Assembly (NCBI GenBank): GCA_013239625.1
Contig: MU053379.1
Span: 2,648,866-2,712,865 of the forward strand
Reading direction: 5' to 3'
DNA: 64,000 nucleotides
DNA from: Lama guanicoe
Lineage: Eukaryota
A program made the position numbers and the translations under genes. Below, one piece after another: positions 25,860 to 37,628 of the stretch. A model generated the notes under the pieces. That model searched no databases. It had not been told where the DNA came from and saw only the letters and a list, made by a program, of their open reading frames with translations. Position 1 is the stretch's first letter. Every line of letters starts with the position of its first letter.

Positions 25860-26940
25860 GACGGAGCCCCCGCCTGTCTCTGCAGCCACTGCTTTAATGA
25901 CCGAGATCACGCGGTGCTGTCGCTGTGCTCCTGGGTCAGCGTGGTGGTCGGCAGGATGACCGCCATAGACCGGGCAGCCAAGCGCGTCATGGTGTCCGGA
26001 GAGGAAGTCGTTCTCTACGACCACCTCGTCCTCTGCACCGGGCTGCAGTACCAGGTGAGCCTCGGGGACAGCGGGCCCTCGTCGGGGGGAAAGGGCGGGC
26101 ACGGCCAGGCGCGCACCCGTGACCAGAACGGCGTCCAACCCCACCTCCACACCCCCGGAAACCCCCTCCAAGAAAAACATCCTGCTTGAGGAGAAGAATC
26201 GCAGCGAGTGGAGAGAAATGTCACTCTTTAAGCCGTTGGCCAGCAGTCTAGCGCCTACTGCTCACAGAGCGGAATCCAGACACAGCCCGGCAGCATCTGT
26301 GGGAAATTAGTTTCTGCCTCGAAAGGCTAGCATTTGGCGGCGGTGATGGGCTCCCGCGGAAGTATTTCAAACATGCGCACCTTCTGTCAGCCCTTACTTT
26401 ATTTTGTCTCTCGGTTGCAAAGCTGGGAAACGTGGCTGGTTGGTTTCCAGGGGCCGGGCTTTCCGTCCTGATTAAATCCTCAGACCGCGCTGGAAGGACG
26501 CGGTGCCACCGCCCGGCGGAGGCGCGTTTCCGTGTGGCCGCCTCGCGCCCAGCAGCCCCTCTCGCGAAGTGCCGCCGACGCAGGCGTCTCTGTGCCGTGG
26601 GGGGGTGGTCAGACCGTGGGGTCTTTTCACTGCGTTTTCTCCCGGGAACCGCCGAGGCTCCGTGGTGGCTTTGCGAGGAGTAACCCACTCGCCCACCCCA
26701 CCCCCAGGCACTGCCGTGTCCTGTCCGGTTCTGTCCCGCGGTGGTGGCCGGTTCTGGGGGCCGTGCTGCCGGCTTCCTTCCCGGGACGAGCCGGGAGGGG
26801 GCAGCGATGGGGGCAGAGCCCCGCCGCTCTGCGCGTCACTGACGCAGCGCGCGCTCTGGGCCCGCGCTGCCCGCTGAGAGCACCGGGGGCGCTTTTGAAA
26901 TATACCCGGGCCCGGGTCCCGCCCCCAGAGGCTCCGTCTT
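25860..26940. other. CpG-rich island covering exon 25886-26054 and the following intron
   Basis: Dense CpG (cgcg, gcgc, ccgg) over about 1 kb. Confidence 0.7.
25886..26054 (+). CDS. CFAP61: CFAP61 internal coding exon (169 nt, phase 2->0): (D)HCFNDRDHAVLSLCSWVSVVVGRMTAIDRAAKRVMVSGEEVVLYDHLVLCTGLQYQ
   Basis: Acceptor tgtctctgcag and donor CAG|gtgagc. Lies within ORF 25830..26189 and contains a YDxLVLxTG motif. Confidence 0.95.
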
Positions 26941-27025
26941 AATTATTCCAGGGCAGGTGGGGCCCGGTCATCAGCATTCCCCCCCAGCTCCCAGATAATG
27001 CTAAGCTAAGGCGGAGAACCACTGA
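26850..27025. mobile_element. MER5-like MITE, GC-shifted
   Basis: gggggcgcttttgaaatatacccgggcccgggtcccgcccccagag...gagaaccactg. Confidence 0.55.
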
Positions 27026-29699
27026 CTCGGACTTTTGCGACCTAGAGTCTCGCCTGAACCTTAAGTGCGCTCCCGTCCCCTGTGCCCGGCAGATTGTGAC
27101 GCAGATTGTCATCAGGGATAGGGTGGGGGGCGTGGCAGGGGCGCCCCCGTTCGAACGAATTTCCAGGTGAACGGACCACGGGCGAATCTAGCTGGGATCA
27201 GCCCCTGAGCGGTATCTCCTCTTTGCTCTTTCCTTCCTAATCCAATTCCAAAGTGTGGGAAAGGCCTTTTTTTTTTTTTTAATTTTTGGATAAAGGATAA
27301 AAATAAACTGGCAGGCGATTTCACTTGGACACTTAAGAATTCCTGTTTCTAACACATTAACCAGCGGAAAACACCAAGCACCCCTTCGGCTTGTCCCCTC
27401 ACCTGCCCCTCCGAGCTCCAGCTGCTGCCTGTGACCGTGGACGTTGGAAAGTGTGAGTGGACATCACGCCAGCTGTGCAGAGACCCGGGCGTCTGCCCAT
27501 GTGAGCCCAGCTGCCCCTGCGGCTTTAGTCTGCGGCACATTAAGCTCTTGCCCTTTTCACAGTGGGAAACACGGAGTGAAGAAGTGATAAAGGGAGTTCC
27601 AATTTAATTTTTCCAGAAGGACATAAAAATTAACGGTACATAGACTGATATGAAAAAGGCAGCTGAATTCACTGAGAGCTTCCAGCTCTTATTTCTTGCC
27701 CTGCTTCCTACTACTCCACTCTCACATTTTTGTCCAATTTTGGGGGGGGGGGACAAAAAACAAAACAAAACAAAAAGCTAACAAACTAAAATGATGCAAA
27801 TAAGCCAGAAGACTACCTGTTACACAATATAATCACACGCCTTAGGCTGTGATCTGGCGGTAAATGGCATGCATCATTATTAGATATCATGCAATATTTT
27901 TGATGTCCAAATACATATCATTTTTTTTAAAATCAGAAAATCCCTGCACATGGTACAACCTCCAGTCCTGCTGCAGGAGCACATGTGAGGAGGGCTGGTC
28001 TCCACTCCCAAGCCCTCTCTTAAGGGTCAACCATTTTGAGGCATTTCTATTGTTAGTTCTTCACTGATTACTCTCCCCCACCTCCCCAAACTCCAAATAA
28101 TGTGTTTATAGAAGCTTCCCCCTTGATCTGTCAACTTCTGACATTACCTATGACCTTTTCGTTTTAGAAGATGAAGACCTATCTGGGTCATGTCCATGCC
28201 CTCTAACTCCCTTCCCCCGCCTGCCTATAGATTTGGTTATTTTTTGACTAGCGATGAAGAGCTTATGCCTGGGGTTCCCAAGCCCCATCCGTGGCTTATG
28301 GAGCATCATGCAGAGATGGGGAGATGCCCGCCCCACACCTGGGCTTGGGTCGTCCCCAAAGAAGAAGAGTAGAAGTGTGTCAGCTCGAAGTCAAATGAGT
28401 CTGGCATTGGTATGAGAAAACTGGCTGGGACTCTCAAAGGGTGACACTCCCCGGGGGCCAGCAGACGACGCAAGAACATGCAGCCAGGGGAGGGAGGAGC
28501 AGGATGCTAGTTACCGTCAGCTTGATGTGGGGCAGCCACGAGAAGTGGTCTCCGAGGAGGTGAATGATGTCCTAGGCGGGGAATGTAAGAGTGCGGCATC
28601 CAGGACAGCACAGCCCCAGGCGGGGGCCTGCCACAGAGGGTGGGGAAGAGAGCGAGCCCGCCAAGGGGCCGCCCCGTCGTCCTTCAGCAGCACTTAGCAA
28701 GAAGAGGCTGTCGGTGTCGAGGACGATTAAAGGGGACAAGGAACAGCAGGAAGTCAAAGAATGGTGGCCACTTTAAAACAAGACTGCAAGTTCCATGAGG
28801 CTCCTGCCACCAGAGTTGATGTCCCCTCCCCTTGAATCTGGGCAGGCTTGTGACCCCCTGACCGGTGGAATATGAAGGAAGTGACATGGCTGTGCAGCTT
28901 CTCTTTGTTTGTGGGAAGAATGGCCCCTGGAACCTGGAGCTGCCACACAGGAAGCCCTGACGGCCACCACGCTGGAGATGCCATATGTGGGTTCTCCAGC
29001 TGACGGTTCCAGCCAAGCCCAGCCTCCCAGCCTTCCCTGCCAAGGCTCCAGACACCTGAGTGAAGCCATTGTGGACCCTCCAGACCAGACCAGACCATCC
29101 ACCCACTAAATGTCACAAGTGACCTTTACCCATAACACGTGGAATAAAAGGATCGTCTAGCCAAACCCCTCGCAAACTTGTGACCCTCAAAATCATGAAA
29201 GTGATGAAATGGTGGTGTTTAAACCACTAAGTTTTGGTGTGAGTTCGTTGCACAGCAAGAGACAACTGGAACAAAAAGATAACACAGAATAAGAAAAAGG
29301 GAACACTATCTAGAAAAATCAGAGAAAGAAAGTACTTCTGAAAATATTCCAGAATGCAGGATCCTCCCTTTGTCTCCACAGCAAACTGTACCAACCTCAG
29401 TACAGCCTCCGACTTGGGAGCTGAAGGTGTTCGAAGAGCAGAGATGAGCTGAGGAGGCCACAGGGCAAGAGGAAAAGGGAGATGAGGGTGTGAAAAAGGA
29501 TTGATATTAAGTCCCCATCAAGAGACAGAACGGTGTCTGTACGAGTTGGTGGTGTTGGCTGAAGACAAAGCACAAAGTTTCCCTGGAGGGCAGGGGCCAA
29601 AGGGCAAAGGGACACATTTGGTGAGAGAGGCAGGGAGATACAATAGAGGTGAAGGGGACAGGTAGACACTGGTTTTGCCAAAGAGGCCCAAACAAACAG

Positions 29700-31480
29700 A
29701 ACAGAGGTGATAAAGATATGCTAGAAGAAAACTTCCCTTACCTGAGCACGTGGTCTACATTCTGGGCAAAATCAAAGGGGAAATTTCTCAGCAAGTCACA
29801 TTCTGACGAAATTATCTATAAGAATGATAGGGGGAAAAATCAGCAAACTTCAAGAGGAAAATAGCAGATTACCAACAGAAGAACAGAAATAAAGCAAGGG
29901 TCAAAAAATGACCTCTCCAGCATTAAATGGCTTAAGAAAATGAAACTGGCCACACAGAATTTTGAAGAAAATGGGTGATTCAATAAGGACATGCCCACCG
30001 AGTTCTCTCCTGTTGGCGGATGGCAGGAAGCTGTTCTTTGTGAGCAAAGCCTGAGAAAAAGGGTCTTCCGTGTTCTTTAATTCCCGCTCCGGATAAAGGA
30101 GACAGAAAAGAAAAATTCACAATGGTATAAAAGGACATGTGGCAAGCACCACCACCAATTTAAAAGGTAATCTAAATCATTTTAATTAATCTGAGAATAA
30201 ATGCAAGATAGGAACTAATGAATCTTAATCTAAAGTAATCAAACAAAACCAAATTGTTGAAAATAGAAAGAGAGGTAGTTGGGGAGGCATGTGAAGTGTC
30301 TTAAACGAGGAAACCCAAGGCAGTGTATCAGTCTTGATGCTTATATTTAGAGGGAGTATGGCTAAAGCATGCTTTTGAGCAGCATAAATAAACTCGCCAT
30401 CCAAAAACCGAAGATGAAATGGAAGGAAACATCTTTAATGTAATCAAAGGGAAGGAAAGAAAATAAACAGCTGCAGTGCTTAAGTGTGAAAGTATCATGG
30501 CATAAACCAACAGTCATAGCAGCGAGAGTCGTGGTTTTAAACCACCCTGTCAAAAGACCAAAGGTCTCTCCTTACACGGACTTCAGAATGCAAGAGGAAT
30601 GCAGTGTTCATTCATAGCAACACCATTTACAGTAGCCAAGACATGGAAGCAACCTAAATGTCCACTGACAGATGACTGGATAAAGAAGATATGGTACATA
30701 CATACAATGGAATACTACTCAGCCATTAAAAGAATGAAATAATGCCATTTGCAGCAACATGGATGGGCCTGGAGATTGTCATACTAAGTGAAGTAAGTCA
30801 GAAAGAGAAGGAAAAATACCATATGATCACTTATATGCAGAATCTAAAAAAATTAGACAAATAAACTTATTTACAAAACAGAAACAGACTCACAGATGTA
30901 GAAAACAAACTTGTGGTTACCAGGGGTTTAAGGGGGTGGGAAGGGATAAATTGGGAGTTCAGGGTTTGCAGATACTAAGTACTGTGTATAAAATAGATAA
31001 ACAACAAAGTCCTACTGTATAGCATGGGGAACTATATTCAACACCTTGTAATAAGCTATAATGGAAAAGAATATGAAAAGGAGTATGTATGTGTATGTTT
31101 AAATGAATCACTGTGTTGTAACACCAGAAATTGACACAACATTGTAAACTGAGTATATTTCAATTTTTAAAAAAATTTTTTAAAAAGTTTGAAAACACTA
31201 AAAAAAAAAAGAAAAAGAAAATACAACCACAGTATCTCTAACAACAACAAAATAAAAGTAAAAGAGGTGTACAAAAACAAGCACGCCCAAGCCGAAGAGT
31301 GAAGAGATAGTTACACGTACGCCAGCAGAAGGCGCCAAGCGCGTCAAGCAGCTGGTAGGAGCGGCAGCAACACTCACATCCAGTGAAGCAGAACGTCCGA
31401 GGGGGATAAGAGCACAGGTACCGACAGAGGGTGAAATCGTGATGATGGCGCGGAGGTCGCGGGCCTATTCTGTGCTGAAC
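29700..31480 (+). mobile_element. Ancient L1M remnant (ORF1 end / ORF2 start), split by the young L1
   Basis: A-rich purine-skewed sequence with degenerate L1-like motifs (cctgtcaaaagac..., cagagggtgaaatcgtgatgatgg). By-eye recognition. Confidence 0.5.
30606..31222 (+). mobile_element. Young L1 3' end in sense orientation, with A tail
   Basis: gccaagacatggaagcaacctaaatgtcca...gcagcaacatggatgggcctggag..., ending in an A-rich tail at about 31200. Confidence 0.9.
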
Positions 31481-32840
31481 GTGGCTGTGCCAGGGGCTGT
31501 GTCCCAGAGCAACAGTCCACCTGGAGTGTGGTGTGCATTTCTGGGCATCGCACGTAAGAATGAGCAGAAACCCCTCCAGGGACTCAAGGTCACCCCAGAT
31601 GTTTAGCCGGGGGGCAAAGGCTCCGGGTGGCCGTCCTCAAATATGTGAAGGGTTTTTGTGTAGAAATGAATGGACTTGGGCAGCGGGGCCTGGGATGCAG
31701 ATATACTACAGACACCAGAAATGATGGGACCACAGCACTCACTCATCCTGAGAAACAACTTCCTGAGGGTCAGGGCCTCCCCTAGGAGGGAAGGTCAGGG
31801 CCCCGGGGACAGTGAGCAGGTGGTGCTGTGGTGCCAAGGAGGGGCAGAAGCATCTGACCCCGATCGAGTGCTAGCCTCGTGCCACGTGTGTGTTCACTGA
31901 CGTCACCCTTGCAGTGACACCCTGAGCTCCGTGCCACTTCCATCCCCATTCCACAGAGGAGGGAACCGAGGTGCACTAAGGCTGAGGTACCTTGTCCATA
32001 TCTGACATGTGGTTTCCATCCTCAGCATCTTGTGGTAGCTGCTGTGGCTCCAGCCATTTCATTTGCAAGAAGCAAGAAGGAAGAACAACTAGAATATAAT
32101 GAATTTTCACATCCTCCACTTCCACCAGCTCCCCACTGCCCAAGGACTCTCTTGACCATCTCTTAGGTCGTGAGTTGGGAAATGTTCCAAGCGGGCATAT
32201 GTCCCAGGAGTCTGTTGCTAAGAAAGAAAAGGAGACAGAATGTGCCACCAGCAGCCCCTGCTGTCATGTTAACTTGCCCAGGAAAACGGAGCAGCCAAGG
32301 GGCTCCCCAAAGCAGTGCTGGCACTGCTAAGGCAGTCCTGAATCATCTGATGGAATGGTTGAAAAGCCATCCGCTTCTCTCCAGTCCCAAATCGGTGCCA
32401 GGTTGGTTGGTAGCAGAGGACTCTCTAGTTTGAACAGCCAGCGCTGATGGCGCTTCTCCGTTAAAGCCATGTCCTCCTGTTAAACTTCATACCCTTCCTT
32501 TCGTTGATGACATAATATTTTTCCCCCATAGATCCTTTTTTTATTGAGTTCTGCTAAACTCTTTGTGGACAAATTAATTGGCTGTGGGATTTAAAATCCT
32601 AGCTCCAATTTTGCCTATTTTGTGAAAATGACATTATGTGAATATGAAAACTATATTAGCCCATTAATTTTCCTTTATTTTCTCTAATTCTTTATAGTTT
32701 AGAAATGTACAAAACCAACCCCACACACTGAAGATCACAGGAGAATTAGATGGGTTATGAGAATGCAGTGTCAGGACTGTAGAAAGCTCATTTTTGTTTC
32801 TGACCTAATTCCGTTTCCTTATTTTCCTTCTCTTCCTTAT

Positions 32841-33370
32841 TTCTTTTTAATTGACGTACAGTCAGTTATAATGTGTCAGTTTCTGGCATCCAGCATCATG
32901 TCCCAGCCATGCATATACACACATATATTCGTTTTCATATTCTTTTTCATTAAAGGTTATAACAAGGTATTGAATATAGTTCCCTGTGTTGTACAGAAGA
33001 AATTTGTTTTTCATCTACTTTTATATATAGTGGTTAACATTTGCAAATCTCGAACTCCCAAATTTATCCCTTCCCAGCCCCTTTCCCCCAGTAACCATAA
33101 GATTGCTTACTGTCTACAGCTCTGTCTCTGTTTTGTAGATGAGTTCATTAGTGTCCTCTTTTTTCTTTTTTCTTTTTTTTTTAGATTCCATATATAAGCG
33201 ATACCATATGGTATTTTCCTTTCTCTTTCTGGCTTACTTCACTTAGAATGACGATCTCCAGGTCCATCCATGTTGCTGCAAATGGCATTATTTCATTCTT
33301 TTTTATGGCTGAGTAGTATTCCATTGTATAAATATACCACATCTTTATCCAGTCATCTATTGATGGACAT
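32841..33370 (-). mobile_element. Young L1 3' end
   Basis: ORF 33181..33396 (-) translates as L1 ORF2 C-terminus ([38 protein letters not shown]). TSD tcttcctt(a/g)ttt at 32831 and 33371. Confidence 0.93.
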
Positions 33371-33804
33371 TCTTCCTTGTTTTTTAATCTAAACACTCAC
33401 TGTTTGGCATGATAATTCATTGAAAGTTTTATAAATTGAAAGCTCTCTATTAGTTCTTCAGTCTTGCCTTTTTCTGCAAGGACTTTTCCTGATTTGTTAA
33501 AGCATGATTTACTATACTGGCATAATATTACCTCAATTTTATTTTATTTTATACTATAACACTTACTGTAGTTCTGGTCAAGTTTCAAATCTCCAAAGCT
33601 TGGTAGTCAATATTGTGCACTTTAAAACATTCATCAAAATCCTCAGTGGACTGCTTTATGGTAACTAGTGGATAATAATTCCAAAATTTTAGTGTGATGT
33701 TGCTAAACAAATTATAGTGCTAATGAGAGGTTTTTTAACCTCCACAGTTTTAGTTGTAGTAAATGATCACTACTTTTGGGTTGTCCTTTAGTATAAAAAT
33801 TATA

Positions 33805-33928
33805 TTTAAATTATTTAGGGGGGAGGTAATTAGGTTTATTTATTTTAATGGAGGTCCTAGGGACTGAACCCAGAACCTCATGCATGCTAAGCATGCAGTC
33901 TACCACTGACTGAGCTACACCCTCCCCC
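33805..33928 (-). mobile_element. tRNA-derived SINE, Vic-1-like
   Basis: Same core (catgcatgctaagcatgca...tgagctacaccctcccc) and ggaggtaattaggtttattt tail as the other copies. Confidence 0.88.
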
Positions 33929-34646
33929 TGCAGCTTCTTTATAGAGAAGGGACGTCCATCTTTTAAAAATCGATTCTGCATTTTGGTTCTAGTCCCATCT
34001 GAAACTGAATTCAATACAGCACAGCCATGTACCGAGACTTTACCATCTCTATTGAGAAAGGATGTAACCAAGTTTTCCAGACATCACCTGGGGTTCAGTG
34101 AAGCCGCACGTGTTCCTGCCCGGGCAGCACTCACGCCTCCCCAGTGCAAGAAAGCATTGCCTGCGCGGGTCAGGAGAGGAGGACCTGCCCCTGCACCCGT
34201 GTCAGCTCCTGCTGCACCACAGGTGCAGAGCGAGTCCTGCCCCGGGCCCCATCCTCACACCACGAGCACGCAGGACATCTGGCGCCGGTCTTCCAGCAGA
34301 GACCCAGTTGCCTGCAAGTCTTGCTCTGGGTTCCAGCCTCATTATCTCCCCAAATCTCCACCTGGCCACCGCGTGCAAACCGGAGGGGCGGCGTGGGGGC
34401 CACTGGGCAAACTCACGCCGCTGTGCCATTTGACTTGGCTTCCACGGTGGCATCTGCTTGTTTGGTTTTAATTTGAACCAAATAATTAAAAAATCAGGAG
34501 CCCCCGTAGAAAAAGTCCAAGCAGCTGGCATTTCTCGAGAAATCAGATCGAGCCCCGCCCGAACCCACGCTCCACCCTGGCGACAACTGGATGGAGTGGA
34601 GTCACGGCGGAGCGCTCTGGCCAGGCCGGCCCTCCCGGTAGCCGCG

Positions 34647-34660
34647 GTCTCCCTGGCAAC
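34647..34660 (+). promoter_or_regulatory. RFX X-box-like motif GTCTCCCTGGCAAC in a CpG-rich patch
   Basis: One mismatch from the 24995 site. Motif evidence only. Confidence 0.3.
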
Positions 34661-34939
34661 CAGGACAGGCGTCGGCCTCATCCTTCATCGTGCTTGCACG
34701 GCCGCCTCCCTAGCGGAGGACGGTTTCTGCCTGCGCTCCCGTCTGCGTCAAAAGTGTGGGAGCAGTGGAAGGGCTCTGTGTTGAGAGAAAGAACGTTCTT
34801 TGACAAAGGGGAGAATAATGCTGGAATTTTCACGAGTAAATAGTAGCCCACTTTCTTTTCTTCCTGAGCCCTGTATACACTTGAATTTCACCCCCTGGTG
34901 TAATTGCTTCTGTACACATGGTTTTTACCCAAACTGGCC

Positions 34940-35620
34940 ACATCCAATCCAGTTCCACGTGCTCTTCCATGATCTCACCACTCCTGCACGACAGGTGGAT
35001 TCTGGGTTCCATCTCCTTGACTCCAGGCAGGCCTCTAGGGTGACCTCCGTGAATAGAATATGGCAGGAGAGGCTCTGCTGGGCTTCCAAGGCTAAGTTAG
35101 AGAAGAATGTGGCGCTCTCTGGACTTCTGCCCCCTCTAAGGACGCATGCCTGGGAGCCCAGCCACTGTGTTGTGAGGAAGCTCAAGTCCCATGGGGAGGC
35201 CACATGTGGTATTCTGGCCAGCGACATCCGCTAGACCTATAGTGATGGCTTCACATTTAAAAAAGATACCCAGCATGTTTTCTTGGGGAAGGAAAAAGGA
35301 TTGAGAGTTTATCTCCAGGAGATTCCAGCCCCCAGCCATCAAGTCACCCCCAGCCTTCAAGTCTTCCCAACTGAGGCCTCCCACATCGTGAAACAGAGAC
35401 AAACTTGCCCCACCTTGCCCTGTCTGAATTGCTGACCTATGGAATCTCTGAGCCTGTTTGTTTTGTTTTGTTTTTTAAATTGAAGTACAGTCAGTCACAA
35501 TGTGTCGATTTCTGGCGTGCAGCACACTGTCCCCAGTCCTGCATGTACAGACATTGAGCCTGTTGAACGGTGGTTTGCACCACTGAGCTTTGGAATCATT
35601 TGTTACGCAGCATTAGATGA
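34940..35620. mobile_element. MLT1 (MaLR) LTR
   Basis: aatagaatatggcagga...agccactgtgttgtgaggaagctcaag...ccactgagctttggaatcatttgttacgcagcattagatgac. Confidence 0.65.
35459..35554 (-). mobile_element. Very short L1 3'-tail insertion inside an MLT1 LTR
   Basis: Matches the tail of the 32.8 kb L1 (aagtacagtcagtcacaatgtgtc). Perfect TSD tgagcctgtt at 35449 and 35555. Confidence 0.8.
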
Positions 35621-35827
35621 CCAGGGCCAATGCCTTCTGAGAATTGACTCCGAGTGGTCATTCCACCCATTTGGTTTTTTTCAGTGAAGACCTGATTATA
35701 TCTGGAGACAGGAAAAAGCACACCAGTACTGGGGCATTGCTATGTTTATTTTTATCACTTGATTTATTGCTGTGTAAGTGCTTACCTGTTACCTCTGAAA
35801 TAAGTGTTGCTCTGTAACACACCTCAG

Positions 35828-36002
35828 GTCCCATGCCCTACAGGGGCTGATATCAGCCAACACCCAACGAACAGAGAGGTTCTGGACAGCAGTAGGCGGA
35901 GGTACACTGGTCCAGTTCCCCGCAATCATTTCACCCTCAACGACGAAGAAGATTGCTTAAGGGCCCTGACTTGGATAAGGAACAACTCCATCACCGCAGA
36001 AG
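35828..36002 (+). CDS. CFAP61: CFAP61 internal coding exon (175 nt, phase 0->1): VPCPTGADISQHPTNREV...IRNNSITAE(G)
   Basis: Acceptor acctcag and donor G|gtaagg. Lies within ORF 35804..36055 and is in phase. Confidence 0.95.
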
Positions 36003-37459
36003 GTAAGGATGCTGGTAACTGTGCATCTTTTCAGAACCGTGTTTTATTCTTATAATGAGTCTCATTCTTTGTCTAGTTCCAGTATATAATTAGTGCCTAA
36101 TTAATTCTAACCAAATCATTCATCTGTCATGCTTTGTTTTCCAGATTAATTTACAACTTGTTGTCATTTTTGGATACCCAGCATGTTTGCTGGGGGAAAG
36201 AAAAAAGCTTGAGATAGTTTAATTATCTATAATTATTTTATTACACAAAATGAATATCTGAAGAGCAAAGCATGGCTAAAATCATTAACTAATTAAAGAA
36301 TAATTTAATAAGCAAACATGTTTAGCAATTATATGGAAAATATGCCTCCTTTTGTGGAGCTTTTGAAAAGACCTAGGAAGAAAAAGAAAGGTCTGAGTCG
36401 GAAGGGCTCTTTTCTTTCAGCATCCATTGTTCCCCTCGCTGTGCCAGCTCAGTCCTTCCCACAAACGCACGTATCCGGGTTCCATGCCGCTCTCTGAATC
36501 CAAGTGAGAGAGTGAAACATTTGAGCAAGTAAGTGCCTCTGCCACTCAAAAGTGCTTTCTCCAACATCTTCCTCTCTATTGCTGGGATTAGCGGAAATTA
36601 TTTGACCAGTAAAATAACCAGAACAGGGCCTGGCTGCCTGTTTGTGTTCACTGAAACTTGGGAGTTGAGTTTTTGAGATGAGACTCACTGCAGCCCCTTT
36701 CTTTTATCGAAAGTGCAGACAGGATCAGCAACTTGGTTGGGTTATGTGACCCCCTGTTCTGGGCTGGGCTTCTGACCCAGACCTTCAGTTCAGTCCAGGA
36801 TCACTAAGTGTCTGGAGTGTGGGGACCGATATATAAAATTAATGTATCACTTTATTTAATGTGTTTATTTAAATATAATTTAATTACATTACTTACTATA
36901 ATTAATCTATTAAAATTAAATACATTCCTTCTGATTTTTTTGGTGGATGATTTAGGCATGAGTTAACTTTTTGTCAAGTTCCTACATTTGCTTCATTAAA
37001 AATCAAAACTACTTATCAAAGGACATTCAATACATTGCTGAATTCAATTTGTTAATACTTGTAGGCAGTTTGCATCTAAATTCACAAGTGAGATTGGCCT
37101 GTTTTCTCTTTTATGCTTGACTTGTCAAGGTTTTGCAATCAAGGGAGTGCTAGCCTCACAAAGGGTTTTGGGGAAGCTTTCCATATTTTTCTGGGGTCAG
37201 AAATACTTTGTGTAACCTAGAAGTTGGACAGAAATCACCCATAAAACCAGCTGGGCCTGGAACTTTTGGGCAGATGTTGGATGTGTAGATACATGTCAGA
37301 AATGCAGATTGAAAACTTGCCAAAGAATTTTAATACTTGCATTATAACTTGGTATTATTTTCAGTTTTGCATCTGTGTGTGTTTAAACCTGTTTCAACAT
37401 TTTAGTCATTCTTTAACCACTGCCCTATGACCTAAGTACATTTAGGGAATTCTCTGATC

Positions 37460-37628
37460 TGGGGCTCAGCAGACTTTTTCCATAAAGGGCCAGATAGACT
37501 TGGCAGGCCATGTGGTCTCTGTCCTGACTACCCAGCTCTGCTGTTCTAGCAAGAAGGTAGCCCCAGACAGAATGTCAATGAACAGAAATGGCTGTGTTCC
37601 AATAAAACTTTATTTATAAAAATAGGGG
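37460..37628. mobile_element. MER58A-like MITE fragment
   Basis: cataaagggccagatag...ggctgtgttccaataaaactttattta. Confidence 0.75.

Noticed and set aside
25830..25885. In-frame ATG upstream of exon 25886 as an alternative start
   Set aside because: Only 19 open codons, weak context (T at -3), and easily due to chance.
33181..33396. 71-aa ORF that looks protein-like
   Set aside because: It is the L1 ORF2 C-terminus in a truncated retroelement, not a host gene.
36830..36925. Very AT-rich quasi-palindromic stretch
   Set aside because: Low-complexity sequence at the edge of an old L1 remnant, with no convincing hairpin RNA.
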